A DNA stretch of 41,720 nt from Spirochaetota bacterium. GTDB lineage: Bacteria > Spirochaetota > UBA4802 > UBA5550. Under the pieces are notes generated by a model. It worked only from the letters and a program-made list of their open reading frames with translations, did no database searches and was not told the DNA's origin. Made by a program: the position numbers and the translations under genes. Positions 17,734 through 26,202 of the stretch are shown here, one piece after another; the first letter of the stretch is position 1, and every line of letters begins with the position of its first letter. The stretch is taken from contig JBNKTL010000046.1 in NCBI GenBank assembly GCA_050298055.1, positions 1 to 41,720 on the forward strand, in the 5' to 3' direction.

Positions 17734-18063
17734 ATGAAGAAAACAGTTTCGGTCCTCCTTCTCTTTGCTGTGACAACCATCATCTCCTGCAAAAAGAGTG
17801 TTGATTTAAGCGGAAAATATCGAAAAGCATCGGGGGATTACAGGTATGACATAATCATTTTTGAAAAAGCCGGGGGAGACAAATATAATATTACCGGTTA
17901 TACCGATGAAGTAAAAAAATTCAGCACAACAGGCAAATTGAAGGATAATGAGATTGAGATGGGATGGATGTCCAGACTTACTTTTAAAGAGGACTTTAAT
18001 CAGTTTTATCTCCATTCGGGCAAAGGAAGTGTCTACATTAAGGATAACACAGGTAAAAAATAA
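17734..18063 (+). CDS. Small lipoprotein, probably beta-rich
   Basis: MKKTVSVLLLFAVTTIISC lipobox; alternating beta-strand pattern; resembles 23301..23681. Confidence 0.8.
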   Translation: MKKTVSVLLLFAVTTIISCKKSVDLSGKYRKASGDYRYDIIIFEKAGGDKYNITGYTDEVKKFSTTGKLKDNEIEMGWMSRLTFKEDFNQFYLHSGKGSVYIKDNTGKK

Positions 18064-18134
18064 AATCCTTTACTCTGTCATGATTGCACCCGATATCTCT
18101 TCAACTCGTAATCCGGAACTCGAAACTTGGAACT

Positions 18135-19412
18135 TTATCGCTCCGGTCTCCCCAAAACATTCAGGACCCTCCAGACCTTGCCGTCACATACCAGGGTAAC
18201 ACCTTCATCCTTTACAATCTCAAGCTTTTTTGATCTGAGCCTTATCTTCTGGGAGGCAAGAATAAAATCACCTTCAATGGTCATAACGGAATCACCGGTG
18301 TTAAAAACATGAAGGACCTGCCCGTCAACCCCCTTACTGAATCCCCTGACCCTCTTTGTTTTTTCCGCAAAGATTATCCCGATACCGGTTACATCAAAAT
18401 TCAGAAGTTCACTCCCCCTGAAGGTCATGCTTCGAAGAACAAATGCGCCGGTTTTCAGATCGGTTGCCACTTCAACATGCATGCTCTTAAAGTTTTTGGC
18501 CTGGTTAACAAACCTCTCTTTATTGTTCAGGATGTTCCTGTCCCTGACTTTGTTCTTTCCTTCTATACTGAAGATTCTTCGTGAATTTTTCTCCGAGGTC
18601 ACCCTGTTCCTCTTTATTTCCTCCTGTCTCCTTTTATCGGCATTCTTGATGATCTTAATATCAAGACTGTTTTCCCCGGTTACTTCCCTCAAGAGTTGTA
18701 TCATGCCGGAATTTTTTCTGATCCCATGCACATTCTCCTCTCTGTTGTTGATGATATTCTCAATCTCCTTATCAGCCAGTCCGGGCTCTCCCTTTTCTCC
18801 CCGTGGACCTCTCTCACCTTTCTCTCCCTGAACTCCCGGAAATCCCCGGGGACCGCGCTCTCCCCGGGGACCGCGTTCACCCCTCTCGCCTTTAACTCCG
18901 GGGTATCCCTGGGAACCTTTTTCTCCCCGGGGACCTCTCTCACCTTTCTCTCCCTGAACTCCCCGGTCTCCTTTCTCACCCTTCTCACCTTTCTCCCCGG
19001 GAAGGCCCCGGTCTCCTTTCTCGCCTTTCTCGCCTTTCTCCCCGGCAGGACCCAGGTCTCCCTTTTCTCCTTTATCACCCTTGAAGCCGGGTCTTCCCGT
19101 AAAACCCTGGATACCCCGCTCACCTCTTTCACCCTGCTGCCCCCCGGGGCCTCTGTCACCTTTTTCACCTTTCTCACCGGGAGGACCCTGTTCACCTTTC
19201 TCGCCCTTTTCCCCTTTTTCACAGGGACAGTCACTTTCATTACGAGAACCGGGTTTCTTCCCCGTATCGAACATCCCGGCAAAGACTCTCATACTATCAT
19301 AACTATTGTCAAAACCGGGTAAATGCTTCTGCATGTTTACCGGAAGGGCATAACAGAGAGTTATAAGCAGAATCGTAAAGAACAGGTCACTGTTGAGCAG
19401 ATGTTTTTTCAT
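18135..19412 (-). CDS. Exported collagen-like protein (Cys motif, Gly-X-Y, coiled coil, C-terminal beta domain)
   Basis: Hydrophobic N-terminus, DCPC motif, ~49 uninterrupted GXY triplets, an Asn/Ile heptad-like neck, then a ~110-aa beta-rich head. Confidence 0.88.
   Translation of the reverse strand: MKKHLLNSDLFFTILLITLCYALPVNMQKHLPGFDNSYDSMRVFAGMFDTGKKPGSRNESDCPCEKGEKGEKGEQGPPGEKGEKGDRGPGGQQGERGERGIQGFTGRPGFKGDKGEKGDLGPAGEKGEKGEKGDRGLPGEKGEKGEKGDRGVQGEKGERGPRGEKGSQGYPGVKGERGERGPRGERGPRGFPGVQGEKGERGPRGEKGEPGLADKEIENIINNREENVHGIRKNSGMIQLLREVTGENSLDIKIIKNADKRRQEEIKRNRVTSEKNSRRIFSIEGKNKVRDRNILNNKERFVNQAKNFKSMHVEVATDLKTGAFVLRSMTFRGSELLNFDVTGIGIIFAEKTKRVRGFSKGVDGQVLHVFNTGDSVMTIEGDFILASQKIRLRSKKLEIVKDEGVTLVCDGKVWRVLNVLGRPER
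18774..19214 (-). repeat. Collagen Gly-X-Y repeat tract
   Basis: GEK/GER/GPR/GDR triplets with 9-nt periodicity; the block GVQGEKGERGPRGEK occurs twice. Confidence 0.95.
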
Positions 19413-19457
19413 TGTATCCCTTGTAAATAATAGATTATCATTTTATTCATATCAGTA

Positions 19458-19478
19458 CCCCCCTTTATTAAAGGGGGG
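19458..19478. repeat. Short intergenic palindrome
   Basis: CCCCCCTTT-ATT-AAAGGGGGG between the glycosyltransferase and collagen genes. Confidence 0.5.
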
Positions 19479-19503
19479 ACAGTTTTCCCCATACTTTTCA
19501 CTC

Positions 19504-21312
19504 TCACTGTTTTACATACCCCGTAAACTCACTGCAAGCCTTTTTCCATAGCCGGGGATCAATACCCGGGTGAAGCAGGTCGGCAATTTCACCCGATTTT
19601 CTTTTCACCCTCTCGTCCCCGTCTCCCGCGGACAGGTCCCGAAAAAGAAGTGAAAACCGCTTGAGGATATCACGAATAAAGTAGTGGCCCTTCACGGAGA
19701 CATTGACCTTCACCGTGCTCAGATCACCGCAGAGTTCCGCGGCAAAATCAAGATTTGACGGGCCCCTGTCCTCATTGATACTGAAAAGGATCCCCCGTCT
19801 CTTTACCTCCCTGTTGAGGTGCATAAGGAGAGGCGCGGAACTGGAAACCAGGGGATGCTTTTTTCTGCTCATATATTTCTTAAAATAGAAAAAATTATTT
19901 ACCGTTGTAATATTCATCTCCTCAAGATCCTGCCTGATAGTGACATCCAGTTTCATGAGAACATTCTCCATGTACCAGGGAAACTGGAAGAGGTTCACAA
20001 CGGGAAACCTGGTCCCCTTTCCGGAAGGGACCCCGTAGAAGGTATCGAAATCGCTGCCGGAGAGGAAGAGATGCTCCTTCTCAAGGGACCGGGATATGTT
20101 CTTCCGGTAAATATCCACAAAGTTGTTTGCCATCCCCCTGAAGTATGGGACGCTTCCGGCAGTTCTCATGACGATGAATATAAGAGGGAGCGCAGCAACC
20201 AGAAGCCTGAGGCGGCTCTTTTTATCAGGCAGATTGAGAAAAAATTCAATTCCCTGGGATGTTGCGATAAAAACAAAGGGAGAGAAAAACACCAGGTACC
20301 TCTCCATATAGCCGTAAGAATTATCAGAGACAAAATTGGAAAGAGAACCGAGAAGCGCCAGCCCGGAAACGAGAGCCGCAGAAAGAACAGCGGCAACCCC
20401 CTTCTCTCTCCTGAAAAGTCTCAGCATTCCGAAAAAAGGGAGAAAAAGGAATATCGTAAACCCGGGAATAATATCCGCAACAAGCATATCAAGCCCGGTA
20501 AATCTCTCCTTTACATGGGTACCGATATTCAGCTGAAACCCGCCCAGGTCTTTACGCATGAGATGATGATAAATATCAGTGAGGTTGCTGATATTTCCCC
20601 AGTCGGGCCAGGGATGGGCGCTGTTCCGGAGAAAGGGAAGGGAAAGATAAAGGAGCGAGGCCGTCACAACAGGAAGGAGCAGTATGAAGGCCCCTTCGGC
20701 ATATCCTGTTCTCCTTCCGGAGACATTGACAGCCAGACCATAGAGCAAAAAAAGAGCAGAGATCCCCGAAACCGGGTGATGGGCCAGGGAGAGCCCTGTG
20801 ATAAGGGCTGCCAGGCTGAGGTTTCTCCTGACTTTCTCTTCCCCAGTTGACGCGACAGAAAAATAGATCACAGAGAAGATCAGTGTCTGGACCGCGGTAT
20901 ACTTGTCCGGCTGAAGGGCAAGACCCATAACCAGGGGGTATGTGGAATAGAATATACTTCCAATGAGTGAAGCCGTTATACCTGCCCTGAGTTCTCTTGA
21001 TACTAAATATATCAGCCAGGCATTTAAAATATGCATGGAAAATGAGAGCATGCTCAGGGGATAAGCGGAATCGACAGGAGTAAAAAGGTTCATGAAACCG
21101 TAGAGCAGCCTGTCAACCCATGCCTGGACCGGGAAACCGGGAGGATGGAGAACACCTCCCTGCAAAGCTGTCATGAGCATTTCGGCGCTGTCGGGGTCCT
21201 GGGGATACTCCGCAAGCCAGAGAGCAAAGGGCAGGTTGATCAGGATAATGAGAAGTATGATAAATTTTTCCCTGCTGCATTGATCAAGTATCTCTCTCAC
21301 AGACTTTTTCAT
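19504..21312 (-). CDS. Polytopic membrane GT-C glycosyltransferase (DUF2723/TMEM260-like)
   Basis: DSAE and HPPGFP motifs in the first loop, GLSLAHH, PDWGN, ERY; about 11 hydrophobic segments and a soluble C-terminal domain. Confidence 0.75.
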   Translation of the reverse strand: MKKSVREILDQCSREKFIILLIILINLPFALWLAEYPQDPDSAEMLMTALQGGVLHPPGFPVQAWVDRLLYGFMNLFTPVDSAYPLSMLSFSMHILNAWLIYLVSRELRAGITASLIGSIFYSTYPLVMGLALQPDKYTAVQTLIFSVIYFSVASTGEEKVRRNLSLAALITGLSLAHHPVSGISALFLLYGLAVNVSGRRTGYAEGAFILLLPVVTASLLYLSLPFLRNSAHPWPDWGNISNLTDIYHHLMRKDLGGFQLNIGTHVKERFTGLDMLVADIIPGFTIFLFLPFFGMLRLFRREKGVAAVLSAALVSGLALLGSLSNFVSDNSYGYMERYLVFFSPFVFIATSQGIEFFLNLPDKKSRLRLLVAALPLIFIVMRTAGSVPYFRGMANNFVDIYRKNISRSLEKEHLFLSGSDFDTFYGVPSGKGTRFPVVNLFQFPWYMENVLMKLDVTIRQDLEEMNITTVNNFFYFKKYMSRKKHPLVSSSAPLLMHLNREVKRRGILFSINEDRGPSNLDFAAELCGDLSTVKVNVSVKGHYFIRDILKRFSLLFRDLSAGDGDERVKRKSGEIADLLHPGIDPRLWKKACSEFTGYVKQ

Positions 21313-21447
21313 AAACAGAGAAAAAATGTCATCTTTTTATATTTCAACCATTTTTTCATTTTTCAGAAAACTGTACCATTTATTCTTCACACAAGTAAAA
21401 ATCCATCCTCTTTTACTGACATAGAGATCATGCAGAATGATTTTCTG

Positions 21448-21476
21448 TTGACAGGCCCCTCTCTATTCAGTACATA
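21448..21476 (+). promoter_or_regulatory. Candidate sigma70 promoter
   Basis: TTGACA-N17-TACATA upstream of the small ORF at 21680. Confidence 0.45.
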
Positions 21477-21679
21477 TATTAGTATAAAAAGTCAAAATGT
21501 GCCCGGAGAGCCGATTGTGAAAAAAAAGTCATTTTAAAAGGGAATAATGAAGACTTGAAGACATTGCATATTGAGAAAGAACAACTTTCAATGAGGATGT
21601 GACCTTAAATAATATGATTCATTTTCTTGAGTCAGAAAAGTGCTCCAACGAGAAACTGAGAATTTTGTGAGGTTGCATT

Positions 21680-21838
21680 ATGAAAGTTGATACATTTTTA
21701 CTTTTTTTAGCGCTGCTGTTAGCTATTTTATTTATTGCAGGTATAATCCGGGCTCTTAAAAATGACATATCCATAAATAGTGAAAAGCCCGGTCAACAGA
21801 TGAAGAAAGATGATGATAATGATATTGAAGAAGAATAA
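21680..21838 (+). CDS. Small 52-aa single-pass membrane protein (not in the ORF track)
   Basis: MKVDTFLLFLALLLAILFIAGIIRALKNDISINSEKPGQQMKKDDDNDIEEE*, with GAGGT RBS upstream; TM helix and acidic tail. Confidence 0.6.
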   Translation: MKVDTFLLFLALLLAILFIAGIIRALKNDISINSEKPGQQMKKDDDNDIEEE

Positions 21839-21935
21839 ATTTTCGATGAGTGTTCTCCTCTTCATTCAAGCGAAAATTTAATTTCATCGGGATCCATTAC
21901 TCCCGGTCCGCTAAAAAAGTTTATAAACCACAGGT

Positions 21936-22625
21936 TCATAACTGCCTTAAAAGACCGGATATCCTCCTGTAGATCAACTCATGGCCCGTCTTATCTATGT
22001 GGAGTTCATCCAGTGAAATCCTGTTGATATCGAAGCTGCCGTCAAATATTTCAACAACCGATACGTTACAGTAGAGATCAGCGACTTTATTCATTATGGT
22101 GTTATACCGGGTAATGTTCCCGGCAATATGGGGGCTTTTGCTGATAAAGAGATCCGAGGGTTTGTTTATGGGAATGGCCAGTACCCGGGCGGATATCTTT
22201 TTTGCCCTGCTGAAAAAACTGTTCAGGTTGCTATAAAAGTCCCCGGGGCTTACATCGGCAAGTCCGGGATCCCTTACCCTGTTCTTTTTCACGAACCGGA
22301 TATACTTCTCCCTTAATCCGGAAGGAAGTATTCTGGATACAATAAAGAACTCCAGCCCCTTTTTGTTAAAGAGCCGCGGCGCGCACTCGGTTATCCCAAA
22401 CTGCAGAATAACAGTCCCCGGCATATAGGTCTCCAGGAGATCAACACCGCCGCCCCCTTCAGTGACCAGCCTGAAGGATGTTGTTCCCCTCTCGCTTTTA
22501 TCCATAATATCAAAACCGGGAAATTCATTCTTCAGCCTGCATATCCATGTATCCTCATACATGACTTCCGGTCTCGGCATGGAGATCGAATCCCCGATTA
22601 TCAACACTCTTCTGTTTCTGTCCAA
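21936..22625 (-). CDS. SGNH/GDSL-family hydrolase
   Basis: Block I IIGDSIS, block III-like QFGITEC, block V DELH...GH. Confidence 0.82.
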   Translation of the reverse strand: MDRNRRVLIIGDSISMPRPEVMYEDTWICRLKNEFPGFDIMDKSERGTTSFRLVTEGGGGVDLLETYMPGTVILQFGITECAPRLFNKKGLEFFIVSRILPSGLREKYIRFVKKNRVRDPGLADVSPGDFYSNLNSFFSRAKKISARVLAIPINKPSDLFISKSPHIAGNITRYNTIMNKVADLYCNVSVVEIFDGSFDINRISLDELHIDKTGHELIYRRISGLLRQL

Positions 22626-22836
22626 TAAATACTCCTTCTAGAATCCCGGATAGAGAAACATTTATGAAATAAAAATAAACCGGAAAGAGTCAAATAGAAA
22701 AAGCTTTCTAGCGGATCAATTTCTCCTGCTTGACAAAAATTATCCCGTTTATCAATGTTCCTGTGAAAAAGACCACCGGAGTCTTCCGGCCCCGGCCGGC
22801 TCTTTTTGAGAAAAATTTTTGGAGGAAACCGAGAAA

Positions 22837-23115
22837 ATGAAAAAAAGAATTATCCTGGCCTCATTTCTGTTGCTGGCTTTTATTGCCGGATGCGGAGGAG
22901 GAGAGCCAAAAGAGAGTATGCAGATCATCAACAATCTGCTGGCAAAGAAGTTCGATATGACCGATACTCAACGCAATGACGTAAAACGCCTTGTTGAAGA
23001 GGGGAAAAAACTTAAAGCCGAAAATAAAAACGCAGAAGCTGAAAAAGCCCTTGCGGAAGCCATAAAAATTCTCAAATATGCTGAAGAAGCCGATCGTTTT
23101 AATAAATCAGAATAG
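22837..23115 (+). CDS. Small helical lipoprotein
   Basis: ATG 22837 after GGAGG; lipobox LLAFIAGC; helical Ala/Glu/Lys body. Confidence 0.78.
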   Translation: MKKRIILASFLLLAFIAGCGGGEPKESMQIINNLLAKKFDMTDTQRNDVKRLVEEGKKLKAENKNAEAEKALAEAIKILKYAEEADRFNKSE

Positions 23116-23300
23116 CATTATACGCAGTGAAGGTGCGGCAAACCAGCCGCGCCGGATATCTGCACTCTCATTTCCCGGTTATGTTCCACTCCCGGTAACG
23201 TTTTTCATTGTATTAATCTAATAATTCATCAATAATAATACGATAATGTAAACAGGGCTTACCAGTGGTTTGCATACTATCTATTCTACAGGATATTGTC

Positions 23301-23681
23301 ATGAAGGATATGAGAAGAACATACATGATTCCATTTCTTATTCTCCTCCTTGTTCCGTGCTGCAGGGAAAAGGATTTTGCCGTTGACGTAAGCGGAAAGT
23401 TTATACTTGAGAGCTGTACCGATTCTCAAACAGGAAAGAGCAGGTTCAGCAACAAAGTCTCTACTGTTATCAAGCTGAAGAAGCTCACTGAACATGAATA
23501 CCAGGTTGAATATATCGGGGGAGATGCAAGCGGCACCAAGCTCAACAGCCATGTTGAGGGAAGAGAGTTAAGGGGTGATCTCGGTGATGTGACCGTAAGA
23601 TACCGATTTAACAAAAGACTTGATAGCATCAGCTATTCGAGTTTCGGTATGGATTGCATCTATATAAAGCTCAATAAATAA
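23301..23681 (+). CDS. Putative lipoprotein, beta-rich
   Basis: IPFLILLLVPCC signal; VDVSGKF...YIK pattern shared with 17734..18063. The start codon is uncertain. Confidence 0.65.
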   Translation: MKDMRRTYMIPFLILLLVPCCREKDFAVDVSGKFILESCTDSQTGKSRFSNKVSTVIKLKKLTEHEYQVEYIGGDASGTKLNSHVEGRELRGDLGDVTVRYRFNKRLDSISYSSFGMDCIYIKLNK

Positions 23682-23691
23682 ATTCCCTCTC

Positions 23692-24447
23692 CTATTTGCT
23701 CTTCTTCCCCAGGGCCCGGTCCAGGAGCATCATATCGGAACCGCTCAGGAACGTGCCGTCATCAATATAGAAGGCAGGGACACCGTCAATGCCCAGGAGG
23801 TCCGAAAGAGAGTTTCCCCTGTGAAACGCCTTCTTTCCTTCGCTGCACTGGTACTGCGCCGTGTCCTTTGACTTCTTCCAGTCAGGCTTGCTGTATTCTT
23901 CAAAAGTCAACTTCCTGCAGACTGCCTCTATTGATTTGGCCTTTCCCTGCTCACCGTGAACGGTTACCAGGATAAAGTTGAAAACCACACCATGTTTATC
24001 AGCAAGGCCCTTTACGCTCTTGATCGCCCCGTTGCAGAAACCGCAGAGGGGATCGGTAAACATGTAGACCGACCTGCCTTTCTTTACCTGCGGTATGTAG
24101 GAAAAAGAGACTGCCTTTTTTATGCTCTCCATGTTCTTCTTAAAATTTCCCGCCTTGATACTATTGATGGTCTCCTCTGTGAGTTTCTCACCTTCTTTGT
24201 AAAGGTTACCCGTCAGGACAAAGTCCTTTCCGGCATAGAGGGGGATGAGCTGATCGTTGAAATTGATTATTATCTCGCACAGGCCCCTGACCGGTTTTTT
24301 TGATACGATGCTGAAATTTCGAACGGGAAGATGCTTTTTAATAAACCCACTATCTATCCCCGAACAGAGATCATCCGCATTTATTGTCCCGGAATGAAAA
24401 AAGATAACTGCCATAAGTATTGTAAATGCTAAGAGTCTGTATTTCAT
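23692..24447 (-). CDS. DsbC/DsbG-like periplasmic thiol:disulfide isomerase
   Basis: Signal peptide, N-terminal dimerisation-like domain (GLCEI...LYAGKDFVLTGNLY), FTDPLCGFC active site, GIDGVPA cis-Pro loop. Confidence 0.82.
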   Translation of the reverse strand: MKYRLLAFTILMAVIFFHSGTINADDLCSGIDSGFIKKHLPVRNFSIVSKKPVRGLCEIIINFNDQLIPLYAGKDFVLTGNLYKEGEKLTEETINSIKAGNFKKNMESIKKAVSFSYIPQVKKGRSVYMFTDPLCGFCNGAIKSVKGLADKHGVVFNFILVTVHGEQGKAKSIEAVCRKLTFEEYSKPDWKKSKDTAQYQCSEGKKAFHRGNSLSDLLGIDGVPAFYIDDGTFLSGSDMMLLDRALGKKSK

Positions 24448-24450
24448 GAA

Positions 24451-24888
24451 TTATTTTTCCCCGTTTTCTAATTTAGTATGTGTAATCCTGCTGTTTGAGA
24501 TATTTATTCTTACCCGGTACTCATCGGTAACAAGGACCTTTTTGCATGAATCAAAACCGCTGCAGTATACCCTGAAAAGGTGTGTACTTTTCTCTGTCTT
24601 TAAAAAGTGTATGGATTTGATACTGTATTCATGGTAGATTTCATCGCACTTCTCCTGTACCAGGAAGGGGTCCCTGCTCCTGACCGGATTACTGTAGGTA
24701 ATCCCCTTTTCCCGGAAATATTTACTAATCACGGGAGTGTATGTTTTTATCAATTCATCGCTCTTTGATAAAGCCAGGGACGCGGTACCTGTTAAGAGAA
24801 ACAGGAAGGAGAAGAGAGTCATTATTATTTTCAGAAATCTCATATTCATTGATATCACAAAAAACCAACTAATAACGAAAAAGTTCAA
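24451..24888 (-). CDS. Hypothetical exported protein
   Basis: Signal-like N-terminus, three Cys, stop 3 nt from the start of the dsbC-like gene. The start is probably at MNMRFL. Confidence 0.6.
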   Translation of the reverse strand: MNFFVISWFFVISMNMRFLKIIMTLFSFLFLLTGTASLALSKSDELIKTYTPVISKYFREKGITYSNPVRSRDPFLVQEKCDEIYHEYSIKSIHFLKTEKSTHLFRVYCSGFDSCKKVLVTDEYRVRINISNSRITHTKLENGEK

Positions 24889-24969
24889 GAAAAAAACCTT
24901 TTAAGAGAGCATATTTATAAGAAAACATCCGCAGCTTGATGGAGGTTTGCAGCATGAGGAGAAGAGGTT

Positions 24970-25242
24970 TCAGGCAGTTCTGACTCCCGACGATCTCCTT
25001 TCCCCCCTTCTTCTGTCACCCTTCTTCCTTTTGAAAATTCTCCTGTCACAAAAACGTCTTTCTCTCATTTCATTTTCACTGTTTTCATCATACGGCTTTC
25101 CTGTGAAAAAACATTTTATCCGTTTCTTTCTGCAGTAGACAAAGAGAACGGCAGCCAGTACCAGGAGAACAGGAAGAAGAATTTTTACCAGCTGCAGAAC
25201 ACCGGCGGCAAACAGGGTGCTTATGATATCCGTATTTATCAT
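24970..25242 (-). CDS. Small membrane protein with ERR/DRR arginine-rich tail
   Basis: GGGGAGAG RBS; TM segment; C-terminal ERRFCDRR...DRRRGERR. Confidence 0.65.
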   Translation of the reverse strand: MINTDIISTLFAAGVLQLVKILLPVLLVLAAVLFVYCRKKRIKCFFTGKPYDENSENEMRERRFCDRRIFKRKKGDRRRGERRSSGVRTA

Positions 25243-25380
25243 TTTACTCTCCCCATTTTATATTATACAAAATTTCATGCCGGGTCAATTTTTTTCATGG
25301 AATTTTTATAACGAATCAGCTTATAATAATTTTAACAATATGTCCCTAATAATTATTTTGGAATAAATAGTGTTTTTTTT

Positions 25381-25404
25381 TAACAAAATCTGTAAAAGAG
25401 CGTC
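25381..25404 (+). promoter_or_regulatory. Candidate ECF-sigma promoter
   Basis: TAAC-N16-CGTC, matching the generic AAC...CGT ECF consensus, upstream of the DUF2892 gene. Confidence 0.35.
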
Positions 25405-25459
25405 TTATTATTTAAGAATATTTTAATATATTAAAACTCTATTTTAAGGAGGACCTCCA

Positions 25460-25663
25460 ATGACAAAGAATATGGGAACCGTTGACAGGATCATAAGGAC
25501 AGTGCTTGCCATTGTTATTATTGTACTCTACGTAACAGGACAGATAACCGGAACTGCAGCCATAGTACTGGGAATTATCGCAGCAATGTTCCTTTTAACA
25601 AGTTTAATCGGGTTTTGCCCCGCTTATCTGCCTTTTGGAATCAAGACAACAAAGGGCGAATAG
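25460..25663 (+). CDS. DUF2892 (YgaP-like) membrane protein
   Basis: NMGTVDRIIR...two TM helices...GFCPAY.PFGI.T; strong RBS AAGGAGG. Confidence 0.9.
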   Translation: MTKNMGTVDRIIRTVLAIVIIVLYVTGQITGTAAIVLGIIAAMFLLTSLIGFCPAYLPFGIKTTKGE

Positions 25664-25677
25664 ACCGGGATAAGGAT

Positions 25678-26148
25678 CTACCAGTAAAAACCGCAGCAGA
25701 AGATGATGTTATCATATTTCTCAAAATAGGTAATCTTCTGCTGCACCTTTCCCGACTTCGGTTCGGTATACCGGTACTCAACCCACCCGCTTCCGTTGGT
25801 TTTAGCCTTAAAGACAATCTCTCTCCTGAAAAACTTGCCGCTCTCATCCGGAATATCGTGGAGTTTTCCCCCGATAAGGCTTGAATTTATTGGATGTGCA
25901 ATGACCGTGCCCTCAATATCATATGCAAATCCATAGAGGCTTCCGAGAACAAAACATCCTCTGGGATTACTCATCTCCTTCAGGGTTTTTTCCCTTCCAT
26001 GTTTTTTGTAGTAGGTGATAGCTTTTTTTACCATCTCCCGCGCGGCGCTTTTCAGCTGCTCACCCTTGAGGTTCCCGGCATCCCCCGGTCCGGGATTTAC
26101 CGAATATGCAAAACAGATAATTATTAATGCTGATAATAATACTCTCAT
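25678..26148 (-). CDS. Second stand-alone exported single Cache-domain protein
   Basis: Start ATG 26148; signal peptide; GSLYGFAYD...IAHP...DESGK...GSGWVEYRY..P; paralogous to 15210..15686. Confidence 0.83.
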   Translation of the reverse strand: MRVLLSALIIICFAYSVNPGPGDAGNLKGEQLKSAAREMVKKAITYYKKHGREKTLKEMSNPRGCFVLGSLYGFAYDIEGTVIAHPINSSLIGGKLHDIPDESGKFFRREIVFKAKTNGSGWVEYRYTEPKSGKVQQKITYFEKYDNIIFCCGFYW

Positions 26149-26202
26149 ATGAACTCTCCGTCGCTCATTTAATTGGTCACTTATCACTGGTGATAAACGG
26201 CC

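Noticed and set aside
18696..19322. Long alternative-frame and antisense ORFs over the collagen tract
   Set aside because: Stop-free frames are a by-product of the 9-nt GXY repeat.
19819..20850. 343-aa plus-strand ORF
   Set aside because: Antisense shadow of the GT-C gene, with no recognisable motifs.
21517..21670. Possible frameshifted small gene at a poly-A tract
   Set aside because: Only short fragments in different frames, with no recognisable homology.
23132..23153. GGCAAACC resembling the start of a c-di-GMP-I riboswitch
   Set aside because: It is a simple GGTGCGGC/GCCGCGCC hairpin; the downstream GCAAAG and P2 elements are missing.
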